DNA of 32,000 bases from Opitutales bacterium (lineage in GTDB: Bacteria > Verrucomicrobiota > Verrucomicrobiia > Opitutales > PNEW01), in the NCBI GenBank assembly GCA_965219535.1, contig CBDCNV010000002.1, forward strand, positions 90,001 to 122,000, in the 5' to 3' direction. Below, one piece after another: positions 17,075 to 26,553 of this stretch (its first letter is position 1; each line of letters opens with the position of its first letter). The translations under genes were made by a program, and so were the position numbers. The notes beneath the pieces were generated by a model. The model saw nothing but the letters and a program-made list of their open reading frames with translations, did not search any database and was not told the origin of the DNA.

Positions 17075-18160
17075 TCACTTACTGCACAAGCTAATCAATT
17101 CCAAGCGATTACGCACGCGGGCTTTGCGTAGAATATGGCGAATATGAGTCTTTATCGTGGTCAGAGAAACCCCCAGGGTATCGGCGATACGGGAAGCTGA
17201 ATTACCATCCATAATTAAATCGCCTACTTCTCTTTCTCGTTTTGAAAGCTCTATTTTTTTTGCAAATTCGTTAAAGGATGCAGATTTTCTTATCAGTCGT
17301 TTTTGCAGGTTTGTCGTGAGCAGAAGATAGGGCCTGACACCGAGCGAGCTTTTGAAGGCCAGATAGCGTACCGCACCTTCTAAATATTCAGTACCCGTTA
17401 CCGGCATCTCCAACCGTACCAGTGGGCCCTGGGTAATGGCCATCCTTGAAGAGACCTGAGGTACCGTGCTTTTCTGGTATATTTTAATCGCTTCGTCGCA
17501 GGCTTCCTCCCAATCAGAAGGGAGGGCAACTTGACGTGGCAACGTATAATTTTTTACTGCTTCCCGTCCATGTTCCCAGATGTAGAGATGCTCTCTAAAT
17601 GGCGTATTATCGAAAGTAAGTCTTTTATTAGTATCGAGCAGGCATAAGCCTTCGGAGTAGATGTTACTGACAAGCCGAAAAAAACCGACAACAAACTCCT
17701 GTTCCTGTTCCTGGGAGAGAAGGACAAAACAACGGTCGAGATGTTTGCCGACATTATTCGCAAGTTGGATCTCCTCATCGCTGAAAGGATTTCCATCCCG
17801 AAAAAGGAAGAGAATGAATAATGCTTTGCCTTTACGGCGAAGGGGAATAATCTGAATATGCGCAGTCTTAGTGGGTGAGAGCTCACGCCCCAACGATTTT
17901 AATAGCGCTTCTGTCTCACGATTAATTCCATATTGGGTAAGTCGAAAAAGCGATTGTTGATTCGGGAACTTGCTATTTTCCCGAATGCCTTTGGCAATTA
18001 TCATATTGTTACCGCCAGCGTTGAAACTGGGTGGGAAGAGACAGGCCCAGGCATTTAATTCAAATATGCCCATGACGTCCTTTAACGCTTGTTCAAACCC
18101 GGTAAGGGTACGTTGATAAGAAAGATTGAGGAGACAATCTGTAAGTTTTGATGACTCCAT
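17075..18160 (-). CDS. LuxR/FixJ-type HTH transcriptional regulator with a large uncharacterised (GAF/PAS-like?) N-terminal sensor region
   Basis: ORF track. The C-terminal LSKREREVGDLIMDGNSASRIADTLGVSLTTIKTHIRHILRKARVRNRLELI is a canonical LuxR_C HTH. There is no receiver-domain Asp pocket or autoinducer-binding pattern that I can recognise. Confidence 0.8.
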   Translation of the reverse strand: MESSKLTDCLLNLSYQRTLTGFEQALKDVMGIFELNAWACLFPPSFNAGGNNMIIAKGIRENSKFPNQQSLFRLTQYGINRETEALLKSLGRELSPTKTAHIQIIPLRRKGKALFILFLFRDGNPFSDEEIQLANNVGKHLDRCFVLLSQEQEQEFVVGFFRLVSNIYSEGLCLLDTNKRLTFDNTPFREHLYIWEHGREAVKNYTLPRQVALPSDWEEACDEAIKIYQKSTVPQVSSRMAITQGPLVRLEMPVTGTEYLEGAVRYLAFKSSLGVRPYLLLTTNLQKRLIRKSASFNEFAKKIELSKREREVGDLIMDGNSASRIADTLGVSLTTIKTHIRHILRKARVRNRLELISLCSK

Positions 18161-18184
18161 TCCGGATAAAGGAGTTATCCTGTT

Positions 18185-20443
18185 CTAGCGAAGGGAACGC
18201 ATGTTATTGTCCCAAAATGAAACGACACCGCGCCAGATTTTTTTACCCAAGGTGGTTTTTTTCCCGAGGATAGTAGCCTGTACGCGCATGCCTTCAAAAA
18301 CCTGATAATCTTTTACATGATTGACGAGTGGAGCTTCGGCAAGAAAAAGGGCAAATTGTGGATCGTTGGTACCTAAACCATTCTGTCGGTCTTGTGCATT
18401 ACCCTGTTCTCGTGGAGCGGGGCCACCAAAAGCGGTATACATCGCTAACATGTAATTTTCAAAAGATGCTCGTTGACGCGGAAAGACATCAATTGCCGTC
18501 TCAAATTTTACCGCGTCGGCTTTCCATCGACCACGAACTTCACTGCCGAGTTCGATAAGTTGTATTTCACTTTCTGATAGAGGCAGAATAAGGCGTAAAT
18601 TTTCGCGTGAACCTATGCGCATTAAATCCTGTTTAGGGTTGATGTACTTTCCCGCCAGTCGGTGGATATCAGAGGAGAGCACGAAACCGGAGATCGTAGC
18701 TTTTAGCTCAAGGGTGTCAGCTTCTTCACGGATTCTCCGATAATGAGTTTCAGCCACTTCTAAAGCTGCCGCTGCTTCTGCCATATACCTGGCAGTGTTC
18801 CAGGAGCCATCATTATGTAATACCCCATACTGTAATTTCGCTTTTTCAAAATCGGCGTGTGCAATCTCGAGTTCAGCTTTGAGAGAGGGATTCTTCAGCC
18901 TGGCGACAATCTCTCCAGCTTCGACCCAATCACCTGTTTTGACGAATACATCCTCGACCAGTCCCCCCATTCGAGAGGCAATGATTTCGCTTTCACTATA
19001 GCGAACGATTCCCTGGCGATTGACATTATAACGACTGGGTAGAATAGCGATGATCAGAATGATTGCGAGCAAGGCAATACCCATGAAAATGTTTCGTCTT
19101 TTCGTCGACTCGACTTTGATTATATGAGGGGCCGCTTCGGGGTTAAAAACATCGGACAAAATTTTTGCGATAGGAAATCCGATAAATGAAATCTGGGCAA
19201 ATACTCCCAATCCTAAACCAAATTCACCAAGACCATAAGGAGCGAGAACACGCGCAAATATTTGGCTGAGGGAATAGATGATGAAGGCCATATACAAAAA
19301 GGCGCTGATCGCGTAAATTACAAAAAACTTACCGTCTGTATGGATGTCGAATGATCGTTCCTGAAAAGTGTTGCGGATCCCAAAAAGAAATTGCTGGACG
19401 CGGTAGGAACAGTAGGTGATGGATTTTGTTCGTAAATTAGGAATTTCCATCCAGTCACTGATAACATAATAACCATCAAACCGCATCAACGGATTCAAAT
19501 TAAAAAATATGGTATTAATGCTCGCGACGAACATAATATTAAACGCAATGTTCTTGAGCAGACCGGGTGAGAGGTAAAGCCAAGCATATACGCAAATGGA
19601 AGCGATGACAAATTCTGTGAAAACACCGGCTAAGGTAGTATAAATTTTATGCCGTTTGTGTTTCATCATATAGGCGTCTGACGCGTCAACGTAACCACAG
19701 GGGGTCAAACAGATCAGACAGACACCCATCTCATGCACTTCTCCGCCAAAATAACGACAAGTCGTAGCATGTCCTAACTCATGGCAGGTTTTTACGAAAA
19801 TAATTGATAGCCATAGGAGAATAAGATTAGCGGGAGATAAAAAATTTATATCGTTGTGTGAAAAGGCTTCGCGGTTGACGAAGAGCCAGAATATTGTAAA
19901 CGCGAAAAAGCCGAGGCAGCCCCAGACAAACCAGCGTGACCAAAGAAACGTAATCTTTGAAGTTAAAGTGCTTAACCAGGGACTGGGGTCAATAAGCGGG
20001 AGCTTTAGAAAGATAAGCTTCTGCATACTCGTCATCCATAGACGAATGATGCTGTTTGCCTGATGAGGTTTTTGACGGGCAAAATCGACAAAACGGCGAG
20101 CACTGATGTTGAGAAGCCCCCCCATCCCCAACTGTTGAATAAAGGTGGCCAGGTCCTCCAATTTAATCGTGCTATTAGGATATTGCTGCGAGAATTCATT
20201 TAAAACCGCCTTTAAATTTTTCTTCCCATCAAGTAAATTTATAATAAATGCCTCTTCGGGGCGCAGGCGAAAATAAGTTAAAGCGAGGGGATCCTTGATG
20301 ACAAAATACTCTTCTTTTTTAAAGAATTGTTTCTGAATAACGAGGTCCGCTCTCAGCCGCGAAGGGACCATATTCTCCAAATCTGTATTTTCTTGAGTCG
20401 GAGCTGAGGGATCCGTTTCCACAGGCAGTGAAACCGTATTCAT
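18185..20443 (-). CDS. fusion protein: PqqD-like N-terminal domain + polytopic M50 (site-2) zinc metalloprotease + HlyD-type periplasmic adaptor (752 aa)
   Basis: ORF track. HELGH (HExxH) sits in a TM helix and the second S2P motif is FFNLNPLMRFDG (NxxPxxxxDG). After a further TM segment (IFMGIALLAIILIIAILP) comes a lipoyl-like hairpin GGLVEDVFVKTGDWVEAGEIVARLKNP...LKATISGFVL with a coiled coil. The N-terminal EEAFIINLLDGKKNLKAVLNEFSQQYPNSTIKLEDLATFIQQLGMGGLL resembles PqqD/RRE domains. Confidence 0.8.
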   Translation of the reverse strand: MNTVSLPVETDPSAPTQENTDLENMVPSRLRADLVIQKQFFKKEEYFVIKDPLALTYFRLRPEEAFIINLLDGKKNLKAVLNEFSQQYPNSTIKLEDLATFIQQLGMGGLLNISARRFVDFARQKPHQANSIIRLWMTSMQKLIFLKLPLIDPSPWLSTLTSKITFLWSRWFVWGCLGFFAFTIFWLFVNREAFSHNDINFLSPANLILLWLSIIFVKTCHELGHATTCRYFGGEVHEMGVCLICLTPCGYVDASDAYMMKHKRHKIYTTLAGVFTEFVIASICVYAWLYLSPGLLKNIAFNIMFVASINTIFFNLNPLMRFDGYYVISDWMEIPNLRTKSITYCSYRVQQFLFGIRNTFQERSFDIHTDGKFFVIYAISAFLYMAFIIYSLSQIFARVLAPYGLGEFGLGLGVFAQISFIGFPIAKILSDVFNPEAAPHIIKVESTKRRNIFMGIALLAIILIIAILPSRYNVNRQGIVRYSESEIIASRMGGLVEDVFVKTGDWVEAGEIVARLKNPSLKAELEIAHADFEKAKLQYGVLHNDGSWNTARYMAEAAAALEVAETHYRRIREEADTLELKATISGFVLSSDIHRLAGKYINPKQDLMRIGSRENLRLILPLSESEIQLIELGSEVRGRWKADAVKFETAIDVFPRQRASFENYMLAMYTAFGGPAPREQGNAQDRQNGLGTNDPQFALFLAEAPLVNHVKDYQVFEGMRVQATILGKKTTLGKKIWRGVVSFWDNNMRSLR

Positions 20444-20446
20444 GGC

Positions 20447-21844
20447 TTATTCGTCTCCATTTCCATCGACCGGCGAAGCAATAGCATACTCGACTTGAGC
20501 GATAGCGGAATTGTAATTATAAAGGGAGCGAGATAAATTAATCTGGGAACGGCGCAAAATAATTTGTGCATCGAGAACTTCTTCCAAGCCGACTTGCCCG
20601 ACTTCATAGAGTCGTTCAGCCTGATGTAGATTTTCATTACCTAAAGCCACGGATGTCCGATGGAAGTTTATGACTGAACGGGATTGTGCAATTTGCGCAT
20701 AAAATTCCTGAATTTGCGAGGTTATTCTATATTCTAACTCCTGGTAGCGAATCTGCGCATCTCTCGCCTCTGCCTTCTGCGATGTGATGACACCTGATCG
20801 CTGGAATCCATCAAAAATATTCCATTGTCCGACAGCTCCAATCGTCCATCCATCCAAATCTTTGTTTGAATCATAATAAGAGGATCTAATCGAGTAATTT
20901 GCATAGACCTCGAGCATGGGAAGCCACTCTCCATGAGCGGCATTTACGCCTTTTTTTGCCGCTTCCCACCGATAGCGGGCTGCTTGAAGGTCACCCCGTT
21001 TTTTTAAAGCCAGCCCCAGGGCTTTTCCAAAGGAAATATCAAATGGTTGTTCTTCCAATTTACCGGCCAGTGTTACTCGGTCACTTAGTGGATCTACAGA
21101 TTGGGGCAATACCAGCAAACGTCGAAAAATCTGTTCGGCTTGAATCAAATTGGATTCTGATTCGGCCAGCTCAGCAATGGCATTTTGTAGTTCTGTCCGT
21201 ACTCTGAGGATTTCGTAATCGGTGACCTCACCTGCAGCTTTCTTTTTCCCTGCAATATTCAGGACTGTTTCAAAAGTTTTAACGGTCTCTTTCCGAATAT
21301 CGACGACTGAAATTGAATAGAGCAGTTGATCGAATGCCTGTTTAACAAAAGAGACAACTTTCCGATTTGTATCTTCTGATGTAGCTTCTGCCCCTTTGTA
21401 AATCAGAGATTCCTGTTGATACCGATTCCATCGCTTTAACCCATCAAATACAACTTGCCGAAACTCTACAGAGCCTGAATAGGCATCTTGCGTGATTGCG
21501 GTTTGCTCGGAAGGTACTTGATCGAGCTCATTGGGATTGCGGTCGATAAGCTCTTCATCGCGTCCATTCGCAGAGCCAATGAGCCTCATCGTAGGGAGCA
21601 AATCCGATCTGACCTGGACCCTTAACCCTCGTTGCCGGGCCATTAATGCATCGGCCCTTTGGATGTCGGGATTGACCGACAATGCCCGCTCAATAGCATT
21701 CGCGATCGTCCAAGGCGCATTGAGTTCGCTCTTGGTAACAGCCGATTTCTCATTTTCCTTTTCTGCTGCGAGATCCACTCCAACAAGAAGAAGACACAGG
21801 GATAAAAGGCAGAAAATAAATAAAGATCTACTCAATCGATTCAA
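20447..21844 (-). CDS. TolC-family outer-membrane efflux/secretion channel (OEP repeats), signal peptide
   Basis: ORF track. The N-terminal signal is MNRLSRSLFIFCLLSLCLLLVG. There are two OEP-type repeats (WTIANAIERALSVNPDIQRA...LLPTM; ...ALKKRGDLQAARYRWEAAKKGVNAAHGEWLPML). Apparent TTG start. The stop is 3 nt from the M50-HlyD ATG. Confidence 0.85.
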   Translation of the reverse strand: MNRLSRSLFIFCLLSLCLLLVGVDLAAEKENEKSAVTKSELNAPWTIANAIERALSVNPDIQRADALMARQRGLRVQVRSDLLPTMRLIGSANGRDEELIDRNPNELDQVPSEQTAITQDAYSGSVEFRQVVFDGLKRWNRYQQESLIYKGAEATSEDTNRKVVSFVKQAFDQLLYSISVVDIRKETVKTFETVLNIAGKKKAAGEVTDYEILRVRTELQNAIAELAESESNLIQAEQIFRRLLVLPQSVDPLSDRVTLAGKLEEQPFDISFGKALGLALKKRGDLQAARYRWEAAKKGVNAAHGEWLPMLEVYANYSIRSSYYDSNKDLDGWTIGAVGQWNIFDGFQRSGVITSQKAEARDAQIRYQELEYRITSQIQEFYAQIAQSRSVINFHRTSVALGNENLHQAERLYEVGQVGLEEVLDAQIILRRSQINLSRSLYNYNSAIAQVEYAIASPVDGNGDE

Positions 21845-21932
21845 TTCTTAAAATGGGTTTAAATAGTCCAAGAGCCGTTAGGTTCTCCCGGAGAGATTCT
21901 ACTTCAAACTTTAAAAAGCACTTAAGTGGTAC

Positions 21933-23312
21933 TCACCTCGACACTTTTAATAAATAGAGGCCAGTTTGTTTCTCTTTCATGAGCACAGGTTGAGTGGTCG
22001 ATTCATGGCTGAGTTCTTGATAGATAGAGCTTAAAGAGTATTGAATAAGTTTAAGGGAGAACTCGGGGCCACGTGCGTCTTCTAAATGATAAATACTTCC
22101 GCGTGTCACCCGTAACAGATCTTTTACCACAACCCTGGCCAAGGGGGCATGTATTTTTGAAAAGTAACCCAGGGAAATTGTAATATCGAATGTCTGGTCT
22201 TCGAAAGGGAGTGGCTCCTCAGGATTAAAAAACTGGATTTTCGGATTTTCATCACCGGTTAAGTTCTTTGCGGCCTCTACTTTATAGTGCGCGTCCTCGA
22301 TTCCTGTGATCTCCCAATCAGGTTTGGTTTTTTTAAAGAGAATCAAGTCTTTTCCCCAGCTGGCACCCAATATCAAAACCTTTTTAATCTTACTATGATC
22401 GTCAATTTGCTGGAGAAGAAAATCACCCAAGGGGTTCAGCTTATCATCAGGACGGTTATTCCATTTCTCGACCTCAATTTTCGTAGAAAAAGCTTCGTCA
22501 TTTACGATCGCTGTTTCAGGATAGGGGTCGAGCAGAGCTTGAAAAAGGGGGGGTGAATAAGACGTGCCGGAAAACTGTGGTGTGCCGATACCATTTTCAC
22601 TCTTTTTATCGATATGAAATTTAAGTCCGAGAAATGAAGCACCCCACAAATAAGCATCGGCGAATGTTTGCACTTTTAATTGGAGCCCATTCATATCCCA
22701 GTTCAAGGGATTCTCCTCCGAGGGCAGCTTCTTTTCCTGGCATATATCAAACGCATCCTTATCGAGAAGGCCCCAAACAGCATCTATCAGAGCATTTATT
22801 GTTACCAGGTACGAACTCCAGGAAGCGTAATCAGTCATTGAAGCTGTGCGGATGGGATGCATCAATCGTGAATAGGAGGCAATTTTAGGAGGTAGAAAGT
22901 GCTCAAGGGCCTTGCGGGATAGACCATTAAGAAAAGTGATCCAACCGTGTCCGCCCTCATTAAGCATACTTAATATGCTTTGGAGAGAGGATAAATTCCC
23001 CTTCCAATAATTGTGAATCTGGTAAAAAATGAGACTATCAAAGGGGCCATTAGCTTTCACTCTTTTCTCATACCAACTGAGGTCCCAGGGGTCGCTTCCC
23101 AGGTTTTTAAAGTCGTCGAGATAGGTGTGAAGTTTTGCTTGTGGTTCAACGAGACTTAATTTAACTTTTTTCCCATACTTGTCCTGTAAGCTCCTTGCCA
23201 ATCTGCCGTCCCCTGCGCCGACAATAGCCACATGCTTGACATCATCATTTACAAGTTCGATAATTTTCTCTTCCAGGGCATTAAGAATAGGGGGGGAGTT
23301 CTTACAGCGCAT
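21933..23312 (-). CDS. hypothetical protein with two Rossmann/class I methyltransferase-like halves
   Basis: ORF track. There are two motif-I-like segments: HVAIVGAGDGRLARSL (N-terminal half) and KKVLILGASWGKDLILF...ITGIEDAHYKVEAAKN...FDITISLGYF (C-terminal half). It is the first gene of the minus-strand operon containing the TolC-family gene. Confidence 0.45.
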   Translation of the reverse strand: MRCKNSPPILNALEEKIIELVNDDVKHVAIVGAGDGRLARSLQDKYGKKVKLSLVEPQAKLHTYLDDFKNLGSDPWDLSWYEKRVKANGPFDSLIFYQIHNYWKGNLSSLQSILSMLNEGGHGWITFLNGLSRKALEHFLPPKIASYSRLMHPIRTASMTDYASWSSYLVTINALIDAVWGLLDKDAFDICQEKKLPSEENPLNWDMNGLQLKVQTFADAYLWGASFLGLKFHIDKKSENGIGTPQFSGTSYSPPLFQALLDPYPETAIVNDEAFSTKIEVEKWNNRPDDKLNPLGDFLLQQIDDHSKIKKVLILGASWGKDLILFKKTKPDWEITGIEDAHYKVEAAKNLTGDENPKIQFFNPEEPLPFEDQTFDITISLGYFSKIHAPLARVVVKDLLRVTRGSIYHLEDARGPEFSLKLIQYSLSSIYQELSHESTTQPVLMKEKQTGLYLLKVSR

Positions 23313-23429
23313 CCCTTACAAGAAATAAATCTCCCATTATAATGCAATATAAATTTTTATCCTTGTTTACTGTGCATTTAGGCTTCGCATTCACCTGATT
23401 TTTATGTATATTTCACTTGATAATTATCC

Positions 23430-25631
23430 ATGGAGACCCACCCCAACACAGCGAGTTCACAAGTCCAACAAGTTGTAGCAGGCATATCCGCACAACTGGC
23501 GCAACTGGCAAAAGATCCCCCAGATTTGACCGCCTATCTTCGCGCGCACGCTAATCTGTTGAACCAAGCACTCCGGCCCCAAGGATTAACGTATGAAATT
23601 CTAAGCGGGTCGACGTTCAAGCGGCTCTTTTCGGTTAATCTGAAACAGTTAAAGCTGGAAGAAAACCCGGCTCAAGATGAGTCCTTTCGCAAAGCTGTCA
23701 ATGAAGTGGCGTTGGGGAAGAAACCCATGGTCTTTCAACCAAATTCCCGCTCGCGTGACGGGGGTGACAATCTGGCCATAGATACCGCGGTTACGAGCGA
23801 GCACCTCAAATTATTTAACGATACCCCATTTGAACAATTTTTTATTCCCATACCCATGGAGTCCAAGGTTGCCGGCGTATTGCATGCCTGGTTTAAACCC
23901 GTAAATAGTGAAACCACGAATACCCGCTTGCTTTTACTTAAGCATTTTTGTGAGGAAGTCGTTCTCTATCTGCGCAGTCGACGAGCTACCGATCTTACCC
24001 AGGAGTTAACACGAACAAATACTTATTCACATCTATTAGAAGACTTGGCCGGTGATATAGATTTAGATTCTGTTGCTTGGAATATTGTAAATTTTGCTCG
24101 TGAAACGGTAGATTGTGAGCGCGTATCCATTTTTCACGTAAAGAACTTTCCGCATCAAAATGGGCATGGGTTGGATTTTGAGATTTTAGCCTGTAGTGGA
24201 TTAAAGCGTCCGCATGCCCGTAGTGAACAAGCAGAAATTCTTAAGGACCTGGTAAAAGAATTGGCAAAATTTACACTGAGTGACACGGTGGCAATTCAAT
24301 CGCAAAAGTCATCGGAGTCACATACCGCCGTGACGCCACAGATCGTGGATCAAACAGCTGAAACAAGTGAAAAAGGAGAAGCACTCTTGCGTTCACCCGG
24401 ATCGAAAGATCAATCAAATGAGAAGGTCAAAGTTCCTGAGAAGCCATCCCATACGCTGCCTTCCGGGGACCGCCCACGATTTCACCTCACCTTTACCTAT
24501 CGCGATCCGGAGAAAACAGCATCGCGTCCTGATTCCATCAATCAGTACTTTGATTTAATTCCCATGAATTGGGCTACTTCCCTTCCCCTTTTTGATCGCG
24601 AGGGACTGATTTGCGGAATTTTGCTCTTTGAAGGGCGAAATAATGCGGAGAAGGCCAAGAGCACCTTTTTGCACATGCGGGATCTGGCTTATTCTGGCGG
24701 ACGTTCTCTGGGAACTTCGCTATATTGGAATAAACGACGGTCTTTCCGAGTTATTAAAGAAGTTGCGCGTTTAAAAACGCGTTATGTCAATTCGGATAAG
24801 CGTACGCTGATGCTTAAGGTGGGGCTACCCATTGCGCTCGTCTTACTCGTCTTGTGTCTGCCTTTTAAATTCAAGATTAGAGGGGATGCGTATCTGAGGC
24901 CCACTAATTTTCAGTCTTTGCCCGCAATGGTTTCAGCCCGCCTGGACAAAGTATTAATTAGAGAAGGACAAGCGGTAAATGAAGGGGAACTCCTGGCGGT
25001 TCTCGAAACACGTGACCTTGATTTGCAGTTACACCAGGCACAGCAGGAGTATCAACGCCACATGGCGGAATCAGATATGGCGCGCAACATGGGCGAAGAA
25101 ACTCAGATGCAAGTCTCTCAGCTCAATGCCCGTAAATCAGCGGCAACGATAGATAAACTCCGCTATGAATTATCCCATGCAGAAGTACGTGCGCCTTTCG
25201 CCGGAGTTGTTATTGGCCCATTGAACCTCCAAATGCGAGTGGGGAATGTCTTTAAGATAGGAGAACCCGTGGTAGAAATGGCCAAACCTGGCAGCTGGGA
25301 AGTAAAAATTGATGTTAAAGAAAAGGATTTAGTTTTTCTCGAGCGGTACATGCGTAAGCATGATACGATTACTTCTGATGTTAAATTTAATGCTGATCTG
25401 ACCGAGACGTACAGTTTAGAGCTCAATCATCCTGACCAATTAGCATATGGGTTGGAAACGGGCAGTGACAATTACTCTTTTGCCGTAGTTTTACCCATGG
25501 GAGAATCAATCGACACTGAGAATTTAAAAATGGGTTATACCGGCAATGCCGCATTTGTAATTGGTAGACGCCCCCTGGCATACATTATGTTCCGTGATGT
25601 CGTACACTTTATGAGAGTCAGGTGGTTCTGA
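23430..25631 (+). CDS. HlyD-type membrane-fusion/adaptor protein with a long cytoplasmic N-terminal region containing GAF-like domain(s), single TM (733 aa)
   Basis: ORF track. GAF-like stretches: DLDSVAWNIVNFARETVDCERVSIFHV...WATSLPLFDREGLICGILLFEG. TM: LMLKVGLPIALVLLVLCLPF. HlyD lipoyl hairpin: VSARLDKVLIREGQAVNEGELLAVLETRDL, then a coiled coil, then EVRAPFAGVVIG. Confidence 0.7.
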   Translation: METHPNTASSQVQQVVAGISAQLAQLAKDPPDLTAYLRAHANLLNQALRPQGLTYEILSGSTFKRLFSVNLKQLKLEENPAQDESFRKAVNEVALGKKPMVFQPNSRSRDGGDNLAIDTAVTSEHLKLFNDTPFEQFFIPIPMESKVAGVLHAWFKPVNSETTNTRLLLLKHFCEEVVLYLRSRRATDLTQELTRTNTYSHLLEDLAGDIDLDSVAWNIVNFARETVDCERVSIFHVKNFPHQNGHGLDFEILACSGLKRPHARSEQAEILKDLVKELAKFTLSDTVAIQSQKSSESHTAVTPQIVDQTAETSEKGEALLRSPGSKDQSNEKVKVPEKPSHTLPSGDRPRFHLTFTYRDPEKTASRPDSINQYFDLIPMNWATSLPLFDREGLICGILLFEGRNNAEKAKSTFLHMRDLAYSGGRSLGTSLYWNKRRSFRVIKEVARLKTRYVNSDKRTLMLKVGLPIALVLLVLCLPFKFKIRGDAYLRPTNFQSLPAMVSARLDKVLIREGQAVNEGELLAVLETRDLDLQLHQAQQEYQRHMAESDMARNMGEETQMQVSQLNARKSAATIDKLRYELSHAEVRAPFAGVVIGPLNLQMRVGNVFKIGEPVVEMAKPGSWEVKIDVKEKDLVFLERYMRKHDTITSDVKFNADLTETYSLELNHPDQLAYGLETGSDNYSFAVVLPMGESIDTENLKMGYTGNAAFVIGRRPLAYIMFRDVVHFMRVRWF

Positions 25632-26476
25632 TGGGTGTTCATGTCCCTCTCATTAAAAGCGCTTTAGCACTTATTACCCTACTTTTCCTCCAATCGCTTT
25701 TAGCGATTGGCCAGTCTCCCTCTTTATCAACCTACCCTCTCGACCCGGGATCTTATCGAGGATCACTGCGTTCAGTCTTGCTGCCCCGAGAAGATATTAA
25801 ACTTAGTGCGGCCTCTGCGGGGATCATTAAGATATATCACGTAAAAGAAGGGCAGCGGGTAGTAGCCGGGGACGTCATCCTGGAACTCGATTCAAGGGAA
25901 GAAGAAGCCGCGGTTAATCAGGCGGAGGCAGTTTTGGATGGTGCCGCGGCAGAGTTGGAAAAAGCGCGCAAAGACATGAAGCGGGTGGAAAAGCTCTACA
26001 AGGATAACATTCAGAGTGAGAAACAATATGAAGAAACGGTCTATATTTTGGCAAAAGCGGAAAGCCAATACCAACATACCCAAGCTTCAAAAAAAGCCGC
26101 TGAGATCCGTCTCGATAAAAAGAAGATAAAATCCCCTATCGATGGTATTTTTCTGAAAAAATATAAGTCTGTGGGCGAATCTGTTGAGCGCCTGGAAACG
26201 GTGGCGCGTGTCCTCGATGATACACGTTTAGAGCTTGTTGTTTATTGCGGATCACAACTCTTTGGCACTTTACATTCTGACACGACCCTGAACATAGAAA
26301 TTCTCGATGGGCCCGCGCGCGGAGAACAAGCAACGGCCGAGGTTGTCTATGTTGATCCTCTCATTGATCCCTCGAGTGGTACTTTTCGCGTCAAACTGGA
26401 GATCAGTCCCTCTGAAAATATATCCGCAGGATTTGCAGCGCGCCTGATAATTTCCGACAGTATGACTTCTAAATAG
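25631..26476 (+). CDS. short HlyD/RND-type periplasmic adaptor subunit with signal/anchor sequence
   Basis: The ORF track starts at GTG 25622. ATG 25631 overlaps the upstream stop as TGATG. N-terminal hydrophobic segment: LIKSALALITLLFLQSLLAIG. SAGIIKIYHVKEGQRVVAGDVILELDSREEEAAV, then a coiled coil, then IKSPIDGIFLKKYKSVGESV. Confidence 0.8.
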   Translation: MGVHVPLIKSALALITLLFLQSLLAIGQSPSLSTYPLDPGSYRGSLRSVLLPREDIKLSAASAGIIKIYHVKEGQRVVAGDVILELDSREEEAAVNQAEAVLDGAAAELEKARKDMKRVEKLYKDNIQSEKQYEETVYILAKAESQYQHTQASKKAAEIRLDKKKIKSPIDGIFLKKYKSVGESVERLETVARVLDDTRLELVVYCGSQLFGTLHSDTTLNIEILDGPARGEQATAEVVYVDPLIDPSSGTFRVKLEISPSENISAGFAARLIISDSMTSK

Positions 26477-26553
26477 GTATATTTACGAAAATAAGTTGAT
26501 TTATTGCTTAACAACAACTATGATAAGGGCTTAATTTTGAAAAAGGGTAACCC

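Noticed and set aside
16822-17147. Track ORFs 16822..17010, 16837..17025 and 16959..17147 in the LuxR-aldolase spacer
   Set aside because: They are translations of simple heptamer repeats and hairpin sequence (e.g. NRKSQIGNRKS). One overlaps the 3' end of the LuxR-type gene antisense. There is no coding signature.
20440-20637. 65-aa minus-strand ORF overlapping the TolC 3' end and the M50-HlyD start (candidate small precursor peptide)
   Set aside because: It lies entirely within the TolC coding frame's alternative frame, has no RBS-like sequence, and its product has no leader-like or LExLExRxLLA motif. It is most likely a shadow ORF.
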